DNA from: Macrostomum lignano
Lineage: Eukaryota
DNA: 64,000 bases
Assembly: GCA_002269645.1 (NCBI GenBank)
Contig: NIVC01002592.1
Span: forward strand, 19,557 to 83,556
Direction of reading: 5' to 3'
Of this stretch, positions 33,292 through 44,690 are shown in pieces. Position numbers and translations under genes: made by a program. Each line of letters begins with the position of its first letter. Positions within the stretch are counted from its first letter, which is position 1. Under the pieces are notes generated by a model. The model saw only the letters and a list, made by a program, of their open reading frames with translations, ran no database searches and was not told the DNA's origin.

Positions 33292-34693
33292 GGTGATCAC
33301 TGCTTGGCATGCTGCAAAATTAACATTTCAGTCCTGTAATTTCTCATGATAACTTTAAAGCACAAGAGAAACAATAAGATGACATTATTACATGTATTTG
33401 AAATATAGTTTTCAAAGTAAAGAACCTGATTAACTGAAACAAAATCAAAGTAATCCATACTCTGCAGAACAGGGGGAATAGAGGAAAGTTGCTATGTCAT
33501 TGACATATTTAGATATATACTAGCAATCTGCGCCCCCATATTGAGGAGGCAACCATTGCCCACATGTACACCTTGTAGTTGTACAATCAGTATTGTTAAA
33601 CTCTTAAGGAAAATAATGCTTAATACAGAGAGTATCCACTCAATAAGCTAGCAATCTAAAGAAAGCTTAAGCTTAAAACCTCTATGAGTTTTGTCTTCAA
33701 CATCTGAGCAACCCCTAGGAGTTTGAAATCATTAAAAATCATTTTAACAATACCCACAGAAACCTTGGCATTTTATTGATTTTCCTGAACCACGGAATTT
33801 TAGCAATTTTCTTTATGAGTCTAGAAATCTCAGAAATTTCATCATGAGCCTTGAAATCTTAGGGCCTAACAATACCCTCACAAGCCTTGACATCTTAGCA
33901 ATTTCCATGTAAATCTTTTGTTTGGGAAGGCAATTTTTTATAATTAACCTTAACCCTAACCCTGACTTTGTATTGGAAAATGTCATTTTTATGATTGGCC
34001 AACTGTCACAATTTTAGATAGACCCCCTGACAATGCTATAATGCAGGAAAAGAGGAAGAGTGTTTTATAAAAGAACTTTTTAGCCTCTGACAAATTTATA
34101 GCCTTCAAAAGAAGCTTTGCAGTCTATGATAGACTCAAATAAGATAGGTCCAAACATAGCTAAGCATGCAAATAACATGTGCCACTGAGTAGAAGCCAAG
34201 CAAATATTCTCAAATATGAGATAGTGCAACATGTTACAACTGACATATATGTATATCTTAGCCAATTAGCCAATGGACTAAGGTGTTAAAATGGGAAAAA
34301 TATTTGGAATATTTCAATTTGATCAAATTGACCAATATTTTATTTAAATCAGAATTAGAAAGTTGACAATCCAGACTAAATAGTTCTTTTGATGTAGGGC
34401 AAAGATTTGGAACAAGTCAAGAGTTAAATATTGGTGTTGTGGCTCATAAATGGGAGAAAAATTAGGGATGAATAGGAACTAGAGGATTAAAGACTACGAG
34501 GGTCATCCCAAAAGTTCTCTATATCACTGAATTACTCCTACGAGCTGGCACCAATTTTGAAGAAACTGCACACAAACTTGCACCAATATCTGCACACAAC
34601 ATTAATGAATTTTCATAAAAAAATCTCTATGCAATTAGAAATAACAAGCTGAGTTGTCCAACACCTTCAGAGCAAATGGACAGCTCTCACATT

Positions 34694-34871
34694 GACTTCT
34701 TTAACTGGCACAGTGCAGCTCGTGCAGCATCACCAACCAGTCATGTGAGTCAGCCAGTCATTCAAGAATAAATGATGGAATTCTTGTCAAGTTCATTCAC
34801 TTTTCTGCTTGTGACACTTGCCTATTCAGTCGGTGATGCTGCACGAGCTGCACTGTGCCAGTTAAAGAAGT
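34694..34871. mobile_element. Small MITE with ~40-bp TIR
   Basis: ACTTCTTTAACTGGCACAGTGCAGCTCGTGCAGCATCACC ... GGTGATGCTGCACGAGCTGCACTGTGCCAGTTAAAGAAGT. Confidence 0.8.
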
Positions 34872-36149
34872 TTGCTTGCAGAATTTTGCTTGCCGAGGTT
34901 TGCTTGCCGAACTTTGCTTGCAGAATTTTGCTTGCTGAACTTTGCTTGCCGAACTTTGCTTGCCAAACTTTGCTTGCCGAATCTTGCCTGCCGAAGTCTG
35001 CTTGCCGAAGTTTGCTTGTGGAATTTTGCTTGCCGAAGTCTGCTTGCCGAACTTTGCTTGCAGGAAATTTGCTTGCAGGAATTTTGCTTGCCGAGGTTTG
35101 CTTGCCGAAGTTTGCTTGCGGAATTTTGCTTGCCGAAGTTTGCTTGCAGAATTTTGATGTCTGCTTCCTAAAAATTCGCAATCACAATTGCAAGGTTTCC
35201 TGATTGCAGCGCATGGGCATTTTGGCGGACGGCGTCCGGCGCGGATCTAATACGGCGCGGCGCGGCGCGTACGGCGCGCGGCGATTAGTACGGCGCGGCG
35301 CGGTACTAATTAGATGCCGAGGCATTTAGGCTTGATAAGACAGTCATAGTTACTCCTGCCGTTTACCCAAAACTGCGTTAATTTTGCTTTAGGGTTTCTT
35401 TCACAGGTAAGTCATTTCACAGCGTGGCGCAGGTTGTGCAGGCGTCTGGCGTACTTAAGCCATGCGCTGCAATAGGGCAAGGTTTTAACTTGCCAAATTA
35501 TTTTCTTGTTTGCTTGCTTGTTTGATGGCTTGTGAAGTTGGTAAGTCAATTATTACATACTACAGTACAGACGATGCAGCTCTATTTGGTTCCCGGGCAG
35601 AATGAGTTCAGGGGATCAGGGAAGTGCAGCTGCTTTGCAAGTGGATTCTTATCAGCATCGACATAAACTGACTTGACACTAAGCTTTCAAACTATTAGAA
35701 ATAATTAAAGAGCTAAAAAATTGGTTCTTTACAGTTCCGCTAAAAAAAACTTTAGATAGCAAACCTTGATCAGCAAGCAAATTTCCTACAAGCAAATTTC
35801 CTGCAAGCAAAATTCGGCAGGCAAAATTCCGCAAGCAAACTTTGGCAAGCTTATGTGCAGCAAGCAAATTTCCTGCAAGCAAAATTCGGCAAGCAAACTT
35901 CGGCAAGCAAAGTTCGACAAGCAAAGCTCGGCAAGCAAACTTCGGCAAGCAAAATTCCGCAAGCAAAGCTTGGCAAGCAAACTTCGGCAAGCAAAATTCC
36001 ACAAGCAAAGTTCGGCAAGCAAACCTCGGCAAGCAAAATTCCGCAAGCAAACTTTGGCAAGCAAACTTCGGCAAGCAAACCTCGGCAAGCAAAATTCCAC
36101 AAGCAAAAGTCCCGCAAGCAAACTTCTCGCAAGCAAATTTCATAGACCC
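34870..36149. mobile_element. Second foldback-type element (TTTGCTTGC arrays in inverted orientation)
   Basis: Array of 14-bp TTTGCTTGCCGAAG-type units (34870-35155) and inverted array (35760-36140). The right end TAGACCC is the same terminus as 31255-31261; left terminus and TSD not found. Confidence 0.7.
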
Positions 36150-38697
36150 GTTATGGCGTTATAGTGAGTAAAGCATTATTCTATATGCACTCACATTTGA
36201 AAGCATCATTGTACGTGTATACTTGTAATTTTAGATGTAGAGTTTCAAAGCCATAATAATACACTATAATTAATTGGTCAATATGTTCCAAAGCCAAAGC
36301 AGATCTCGACTTTTCACAAAGACTGGTTCCAGAGTACCAGAACCAGAATAATTCCAATTCCAGAATCAAAATAATTCTGATTCCAGAACCAGAATCAGTA
36401 GGAAAATGAAAAGCGTCGAATTTTTCTATTCTATTTCTGTCTAATTATATTACTTCTCAAAGATAAAAACATTTTTATCTAAAATCGAGAAACCAGTATT
36501 CTTTTAAAAATGTTATTTCAAATTCGTCCTTTTGTTGCTATAGAAATGCGACAACGGATCGAGAAAATTTCTCGAACCGAATTCCAGAATAGGATCACGG
36601 TTCTGGAACCGATCTAAAGCGGAACGGACAATATAAAAAGCTTCAAACCGATTCTAGTTCTGACACCGGTTATATGAAAAGCCTAATTGTGTAAAAAAAA
36701 TCGTATTTCGTATAAATCTTTCTGAGAAAAAAATTCTAAATTGTTGCACGACAACGTTTAAACAAAACACATTTTTAAAGAAAAAATCAATGCTTAAACC
36801 TAGAAGGAATTTAGTTTTTATTTTAGTTTCGTTTATTATTCTATAAGAATTATAACTTTTATAACTGGGGTCAGCAAAATTGTTCAATTATCTTTGAATG
36901 GGCAGGCTGGGTGGGCCTGTCGCAATTTTGACTAACTCAAATTTCGACTGCTGGAACCTACCTAACTCTAGCCTTAACTGTTAACCCTAATTTGTTTGTC
37001 TCATTCTAACCCAGCCCATGAGCAACCAATCTCAGCCAGCCTATTTAGCACATGGTGTTAGCCAGAGCTGGGTTTTAATCACACTCCTCTTTTTACAAAA
37101 TTCGATCAGTCGTCTATACCTGTATATACATGTACGAGCCATCTATCCCGATTCTCATCGAAATGGTTTATTTCAATGCCACGGACTTCAAAGTCATTCT
37201 AATATGCAAACTTCTAATTGTACATTGACAAGCCAAATTATTTAGCTTTAAATCCCCTAAGGAAACTGAGTACAGGCCATTCAACTAAGTAAAAAGCATT
37301 GAACCACACAATCTACCCTTCTATCTATGCGCTGGACGCCGCGCTGTAATAGAACAAAACTGCAATAACGCAAAAAATATTTAAGCCAGCTATATAGGGC
37401 TCACAAATTCAACTCGAGGAAATCCGAAAATAAGATAAATTAAACTTAATCAATCAAATTTTTGGAGAATTAGTTTTAACATGGTCGATTAGATTATATC
37501 AATCAGGTATTTAATTCTCAAAAAAATGCATGGCTCCTGTGTAATTGGGGGACTCTTGGGTGATTCCTGCTGCAGTGAATCTTTAATTGGCAGGTTCCAA
37601 AGCAACTCGGCCAACTCGTTCGAACAAAATGTAGCAACCACACGCATCACAGGTTTTACGAGCTCCCAGGTCGGCCACCATGCAGCTTCTTCCTCGACAA
37701 AGTTTGGAGCTGTAGATAGCTGTTGCCTGATTTGGACCTTCACAGCGCTGTGGGCCATCTTACAATTCGATTCAGAAATGGCGAATGGTGAATGATGGCG
37801 AATGCATGGAAGCAGCGGCAACGAGAACTGAGTAGTTGCCGATTTCCAGCGATTGTGACACCTTAATGGAACATACCCGGTGGACCGTCGCAAACAACTA
37901 CAACTCTTGCGTCACCAACTTAGCCATGAACTTGCTCAACCATAGCTCGTTGACAACTATTGGAAACGTGACCTTGTCTGGCCACCGCGGAAAACCTCAC
38001 TCTTGACCAAACCATTGGAAGTTGAGCACAGGGACTACTCAATAATTGATTGGTTGAGCCATGGAGAAAGACAAATGACAGAGCATGTGCGTTTGTGCTT
38101 TGGGTAAGAAAGAGTTTCGCGTAGGCTGACTTTGATTGTAAAAAGAGAGCATGTCGTGGTAAAACCCAATTGCTCTGGCTACACCATGTGCTATGGGCTG
38201 GCTAAGATTGGTTGCTCGTAGGCTGAGCTAGAATGAGAAAACCAATACTAAATCCAAACCTATAAACCTTTTTCCCAATTCTTACTTAACCTGAATATAG
38301 AAGTCAAAAATAGCTAGCTGGCAAAAAGTTGCTCATGGCAGTCAAATTGCGACTGTCAATAGCAGTTGTGCTCCCCGGCTAAATATACATTTGGAAATCC
38401 ATGAAGGAGAGAAAATCGCATTTTAATTACAATTGAATTTAAATGTGATGAAAGTTTATGTGTAAGAGTTTCTATCTCAACTTAGTTTTCAGCAATTTTT
38501 AAGTTCTATAAAAATTCATCCTTTGCGAGAGAAAAATCCATCTCCTCAAAGGAAGCAGACTGCTAAAGAGTAGAGTTCAAATTAAAGAAAATCATGCAGT
38601 ATGTAGAAATTGGTGAAAATATAGCTGATTTTGTTATGTAGAGAATGCATGGAATTCAACTTTGAAAGTCTATACAATATAAAGATCATGGTTTGGG

Positions 38698-39245
38698 CCA
38701 TAGACACCGCGCAAATTTTGGACTGAAAACTCAACTGAGACAAGCAAACCCACAGAATACACCAAACTGCCCAATCAGCTGGTTTATCTAAAGTCGAAAT
38801 AAAAAGCCATATACGAGTATATTAACTCCTGAGGTGAAGAATAACTAATGCTTACGTCGGAAGAAGAGGTCATGGCTGTTGTCGATGGCTGTGTGTCAGA
38901 AGCTACTAAGAAGAAAGCTACTTGGGTGGTCAACACATTCATGGAATGGCACAACGAAAAGAAGACACAGTGGGCGTCTGGCGAGGAAACTGGACTGATG
39001 GTGCTCAAGGAGCTGCATGAGATGAGCAAATCGGATCTGCAGATGCTTCGACCTCAAGGACTCTGACGGTTGCCACTGCTCGTGATGCTGGAGGCGCTCC
39101 AACAACTGGGACTACGACGGTTGCCACTGCTCGTGATGCTGGAGGCGCTCCGACAACTGGGTCTACGACGGTTTTTTTTTCTCCTGCGAAGAAAATGCGA
39201 ATCGAAGTTTCTAAAAATGATAACACCATCGTGATCACTATGGAG
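38698..39245 (+). pseudogene. Crypton-like (DUF3504 tyrosine recombinase) remnant: N-terminus fused to a putative C-terminal tail
   Basis: 38848-39066: CVSEATKKKATWVVNTFMEWHNEK...LKELHEMSKSDL. Then another frame gives two 17-aa repeats (51-bp tandem, 39065-39172) and SPAKKMRIEVSKNDNTIVITME*. No catalytic core. Preceded by CCATAGAC at 38698. Confidence 0.65.
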
Positions 39246-40007
39246 TGAGAAAGACAAAAAGTGCTTTACTGTCATTGACTATTAGTCTATTAGCGTTAGT
39301 GTCAACCATAGTTGCTTTTTGTGGCTTTTTGTTGTTATTGTCAGTTCCAAATAAATCGTTTCTTCGTCTGGGACAAATAAATATTTCTTCGTCCCGGACA
39401 AATAAATGCTTCAACACTAGACCATAGACTTATTTGACCGGGACAAGTGGGGGATAAAATCGAAGCGAGGGCTTGAGGGTGTCTCCATTCTCGCTATACT
39501 GGCAAAGTCACTAATGTCTTCAGCTATTTCGTGCGCAAGCGTTGTAATCAAATTGCTTACACAGCATCAAACTATCGCTATCGCATCAAACTCGGGACTG
39601 TTCCGTTTCGATCAGAACCATAGACTGTTGAGCTATAGTTCTTTTTTTCCACAAGACCGAGCCAAGTTGTGGAAACATTAGATATATAGTCCTGTGGCGG
39701 CCAGACTATGCGACCGGCAGCACCAGTGCAGCCGCACTGGAAACCCCCCGCCAACCTCTGTCTAGCTGAGGTGGGGTGGTGGCGCCCCGCGCTAGCCGGC
39801 TCGCTAAGCCAGGGGGTTGGCGTAGCCAGTCACGCCACGCCACATGTGCGCACCTCCCTTGGCCCCTCAATAATCTCGCGCTGTTTTCACTTGTATAAAT
39901 ATACGCGCAATGCAGTGCAACATCTTCGCTGCCATTCCATCTATTGAACTAAAAGGCCTTCCGCCTCAGTCCATTGACAGTCTTTAGATTTCTTACGCGG
40001 TATGAAA

Positions 40008-40172
40008 ATAACCCCCGAAAAAGGCATGTGTAATCTCGTAAAAACCATAGACTAGACTCCGGGATTATATTGGATAATATCCCGGAGTTGTATTAACATA
40101 CCGCATCTCTGAATATACTACCGGAAGGCATAAAATCTATGGTTTATTAAACATGCCTTTTAAGGGAGTTAT
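40008..40172. mobile_element. MITE with TIR enclosing a CCATAGAC...ATCTATGG unit
   Basis: ATAACCCCCGAAAAAGGCATGT ... ACATGCCTTTTAAGGGAGTTAT. A second similar unit lies at 40190-40300. Confidence 0.65.
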
Positions 40173-40361
40173 TTGTATAAATCACGAAGGTGTAATCTCG
40201 TATAAACCATAGACATAAAGACTTTACGGGATATTATTGAATATTACCAAATAAAATCCCGGAGAACGCAAATATTGTCATGGAAAGTCCATATCTATGG
40301 ATTATGTATACATACTTACATACATAATTACATACATATGCATATGCCAACGTAGCTTTAA

Positions 40362-40585
40362 AAAGTGAAGCCGATTTTCACTTTCCGCCGAGAGTTTGGC
40401 TTTGGACCATAAACTTAAGTGTTTTGAGCTAAAAGTATATTTGTGATAAATATACTCGTACAAGTACAAGTACAAATAATTAATTGCATATATATTTCTA
40501 GCTCGTAGCACCTGATTTTTTATATATTTTTAGTCTATGGTCCAAAGCCAAACTCCCGGCGGAAAGCGAAAATCAGCTTCACTTT
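40362..40585. mobile_element. TTAA-flanked MITE (Kolobok-like ends), ~50-bp TIR
   Basis: TTAA|AAAGTGAAGCCGATTTTCACTTTCCGCCG...GGACCAT ... ATGGTCC...CTTCACTTT|TTAA. Confidence 0.75.
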
Positions 40586-40894
40586 TTAAAGGCATATTCT
40601 ATGTATACGAAATATTCTCTGTCCACCACTAGACTTTATGTTTTAAATTGCGGGCACTATGAGAGTTGCCTCATGCTCTATTGACATTGTAAACATCATT
40701 GTAATTATACTTTTACCCAGACGCAATGAAAAAATATTTTGGCCATTATTCCACAGTTTTGATGTGTACCATAGACATTTGGATTGAAAAAATCCATGGC
40801 TCAGTATTTTTGTTAATAAATACAGAACAACAAGAAGTAAATGAACAAAAAGGAAAAAATCATTAAAACTAAAGTACCAGCTACACGAAAAGAG

Positions 40895-41400
40895 TTAATA
40901 ATAAATGTCACAGCTAGTGCAGTTTATCAGTTTGTAGTCGAAATTTGACAATGTGAAAATCAATTTGTCACCCAAAGTGAAACATGCACAGTTCTCAAAG
41001 CCGCAGTTTCCAAAGATTCTCGACACTTTAGCCTGATGATTTGGCACTGCAAAAGGAGTTGGTCTATGTTGAATGTTTTCTATGAAAGAGAAATACAGGT
41101 TCTCAAGTATAGTTGCCGAACTTACCATTTGAAAGATGCACGACTTGGTTAAGTTGGCATGCGACTGATGAGCTTCGTCTGATGAGCTTCTTTGGTACCG
41201 CAGTATCCAAGCTGGGATTCTTTGAGACTGTCGGCTGCTCGACTGAATCGATTGGCCGCTTTCAGGCATCGTTTATAGCCGTCGAGGCGTTGAAGACTGC
41301 ATGGTCGCGTTTTCTTCCTAGGTAGCGCCGCACGGTTCGTTCAGTCGTCGCAAGGAAGATTTTTTCAATTAATAAGCGCGGCTGTTTGACGAGATGCACT
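40895..41400 (-). pseudogene. Possible highly decayed tyrosine-recombinase (Crypton) C-terminus
   Basis: Fragments DHAVFNASTAI, LRYQRSSSDEAHQ and RIFGNCGFENC weakly resemble the NHSLRA / SLxxYxRxS / FSGCxFxNC motifs. Lies between inverted CCATAGAC ends at 40769 and 41502. Confidence 0.3.
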
Positions 41401-41635
41401 ATAGCCATAGTTGTTTGACAAGACAAATAGCTTTTTCTCCCACTACTCGCTTTACTGATTTCTCGCAAGACGCAAGCAAAATCAGCACTCATCACAGTGT
41501 TGTCTATGGTCAAACTAAGCCACACAACTCAGTCGTCTATGGGTAAAACAACTCTTAAAACAGCCAATTGAAGCATGATAAAAAGTGTGGAATAATGACA
41601 GCGACAAAAGTGTGGAATAATGGCAGCAAAAGTGT

Positions 41636-41847
41636 GGAATAATGACTGAGCGCTGAGTGAAAGTATAAATACAATGGTAGATTGTATAGTATGCAACTGA
41701 GTTGAATAATGGCCAAAACTCGAGTGCGCGTAGCGCACGAGTGTCTATGTGTAGCGCACTCGAGTTTTGGCCATTATTCAACTCAGTTGCATACTATACA
41801 ATCTACCATTGTATTTATACTTTCACTCAGCGCTCAGTCATTATTCC
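41636..41847. repeat. Perfect inverted repeat: 94-bp arms, 24-bp loop
   Basis: 41636-41729 is the exact reverse complement of 41754-41847. A partial extra copy follows to ~41920. Confidence 0.92.
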
Positions 41848-42228
41848 GCGCTACTCGTGCGCTACTCGTGCGCGTAGCGCACGAGTGTCTATGGCCATTA
41901 TTCAACTCAGTTGCATACTATACAATCCACAGAATATACACAGAATGCCAAATCGAGCGATTTCCATGAAGCCGAATTAAAATTCGTGTGCACTACTCTT
42001 GTGAAGTCTATGGCCAGTAGTATAAATTAGCGAAGAATAATTTATCAAAGTCTCGCAGGCAGTCAGAGATCCTACCTGGAGGACCAAATGTAAAATTTTA
42101 TCATTTTTTCGTATTTTATCATCTAAACAAATCAAACACTCTGAAGAACTCCAGTTAAGCAAAATTCATTCGCATCATCAACAAACAACAGCTAAGCAGA
42201 ATTCATTTGCATCACAGTTAAACTACAG

Positions 42229-42888
42229 TCAAACAGCATTTAATCGCATCAGCTTCTTCCTCTCTTCAGCTCTCTTTATTCCTGTCGTACGCCCCCGCTT
42301 TCTCTGCTGAGCGAGCGTCCTCTGACTGTTGCACCAGTGATGCAGGCGAAGTCTGGCAAATAACTTGGCCATTGCCTTAGCGCAGCGTTCGCCGTGATCC
42401 GAGCTGTGCGTCTGAATATTTGCAAGAACAATGGGAAAGAACTTTTCCTGAAGCCGTTTGCTCACGTCCTTCAGACGTCCTTCCATCTGACAGACTGCAG
42501 ATCTATGACTGCCTTGTTGGGAATGATCAGATTTCCAGTCCCGCCCTGTCCGTTCTTGAGCTGCAGGAAGCGCATCGCCTTTTAACGACTGCTGGCACTC
42601 CTCGCATTTTTCCTCAGATTTGAATAGCTTGAAAAGCAGCCAGCCTCCAATGTAGGCGCACTTCTCATTCTCAATGCTGCCGACTGTGCCAGCAGGCAGG
42701 TCTTGAGCTTCCTCAGTGGAGTCTGCTGAAATCAGACCATCGCCCTGCGGACCAGGACTGGGCGCACTTGCACTTGCTGTTACTTTGGCCTGAAACTCGG
42801 TCAGCAAGGTGCTGCCATCGTTCTCGCAGTTGCTGTTGGTCTGCGATAGACAGCCCAACAAGTGGTTGACAGTGGATTTTCCAGCCAT
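42229..42888 (-). pseudogene. P-element (THAP9-like) transposase C-terminal fragment
   Basis: SNCENDGSTLL...CAYIGGWLLFKLFKSEEKCEECQQSL...KLFARLRLHHWC matches the YIxGY..K..C..C and F.RIRLHH pattern of P transposase C-termini. Confidence 0.75.
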
Positions 42889-43633
42889 GCTGCGCAGAAA
42901 AGCTCAGACTGAACTTAGTTTTCAGTTGAAAGCAAAGAATAAAAGTCGCTCTTAGAATAGTTTATGGCAAAAACTCAAGCCCTACTTATCAAAGCTTCAC
43001 AACAAGAGTAGGCTGGTGTGATTTCAATTCTTGCACCCATTTTTTAAACAAAAATGCTCGAATCGGCATTCTGTGTATATTCTGTGATACAATCTACCAG
43101 TGCTGCAAGTCTGACTGGTAATATAACTGATAACTACACTCAACTACGAGCTAATTAAAATACCATAGACCGGAAAAGAAATGGCAAATACATGGCATTT
43201 CTGTGCGGCCCTCAGATTAACGTGGGAATAGTAATCCTGTAGACCTTCTAGGACCAGAATGGTGGAGACTCCGAGGGCGGCGAAGTGATGGCACATTCGA
43301 TATTCACAAGACAGCAAAATGGCGAGTAAAACGAATTGCCGCTCTGGATTCTTAGAAGCGAAATCGAACAAACTTTTTTGTTATCTAGTACACGTAGATC
43401 TACACTGCGGACCGGATGTATACTGTGGGCTTCAATTGTCTATGGTTTAAACTTTCCTTTAAGATCATGAAATTAAATGATCAAATTATTATTAAATGCG
43501 CTTATTCTGCTATTGAACGCAAGATAAATTTAAGAAATACCATAGACAGCAGAGCTGCTGGTTTGTTCTACATGTACAGGATACGTGAGTCCCAACTGTC
43601 CTAAGTCTTGGCAGCCATCGAATCATGTATATA

Positions 43634-43773
43634 ATCATGGATGTTTAATGCGCATTCTAGGGTTAGAAAGTCCGAGGCTGCATTTGATGGTCTCGAGGCG
43701 AGCGAAGCGAGCCGAGGACCATTAAGTGTGGCCGAGGACTTTCTACCATAGAATGCGCATTAAACTACCGTGA
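43634..43773. mobile_element. MITE with central GCGAGCGAAGCGAGC motif
   Basis: TIR TTTAATGCGCATTCTA...AGAAAGTCC and GGACTTTCT...TAGAATGCGCATTAAA. Confidence 0.7.
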
Positions 43774-43892
43774 TCTTATATGAAATCCGAATTGCTTATT
43801 TTTGTAGCTTTCTCTTGAGCCGGGCCGAATGCGGTGCAGCCAGTCGGCAAAGACCCGATTGGGGGTGTGGGGGCGAAGCCCCCACATTGGAA

Positions 43893-44690
43893 CCATAGAC
43901 AACTTTTCCATAAATTTAAGACAGTACTAGCTAGACGAAATCCGAATTACTTTCTTTCGTAGCTTTCTCTTGAACCACACCGCGATGGAAAAAGAATTTG
44001 ATAGCGACAACTTTTTTAATTTTTTCGATTCAGCCCCTGCTGGAAATGTAGTTCCGCCGCCCCTCGGAAACGCTAAAACACTGCCGACCAAACCTAGCTC
44101 TCGTTTCGGTGAGTTGCTTGATGAGACCGCTTTGGAGCGCAGAATGCTAGAGAGCTCACCTGAGTCTACACTAGCAAGAGAAAAGTGGGCGATGAATGTG
44201 TTCCAGACGTGGAAGGAGAATCGTGTCCAACTGCAAATGCAAGGCCGTCTGTCAGGACTCGCGGTGATTAAGCCTGTCGAAGGGCTTACAAAGAATGAGA
44301 TCAACGAACTGTTGCACTTCTTCGTTTTTGAGGTGAGGAAGGAGAATGGCGAAAAATATCCGCCGGGAACTCTGAAAAACTTGGTATCGATGATCCAACA
44401 CTTTTACGTGAGCCTGTCGCTTCTGGAGATTCCAGCGCTTCTATTACTGACCACGGTGTCAAGTCTATCATCATTGATGGAGCTAAAATCGAAATTCAGT
44501 TTAAGTGAGTTGGTGAAACGTTTAATGCATTGCCTATTATTGAAAAAACTAAATATGTTTCCTATATAACCCTACCAATTGTTCATGGCTTGGCTAGAAA
44601 ATTGTTTTTTTGTTGCTTCGTTATACAGTATATAATAACAGTTTTTTTTGTTGCATCCAAGTACACTGTCTAGTTCTGTTTAGTCTATGG
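43893..44690 (+). mobile_element. CCATAGAC-bounded element carrying a Crypton-like recombinase N-terminus (ATG 43985 to ~44407)
   Basis: SPESTLAREKWAMNVFQTW...INELLHFFVFEVRKENGEKYPPGTLKNLVSMIQHF is the W..NVF..W / F..EVRK.DG..YP..TL signature of Crypton/DUF3504 (ZMYM/KCTD1-related) proteins. Bounded by inverted GAACCATAGAC. Confidence 0.85.

Noticed and set aside
33945-33965. Interstitial telomere (TAACCC repeats; similar at ~36960 and 48343)
   Set aside because: Only 2-3 degenerate units; typical of MITE subterminal sequence.
34772-36171. ORFs of LLAEFCLPKFAC / QANFGKQ repeats
   Set aside because: Same artefact of the TTTGCTTGC arrays.
37489-38000. Recombinase or transposase remnant
   Set aside because: A lone RGGQ-like word; no consistent frame or further motifs.
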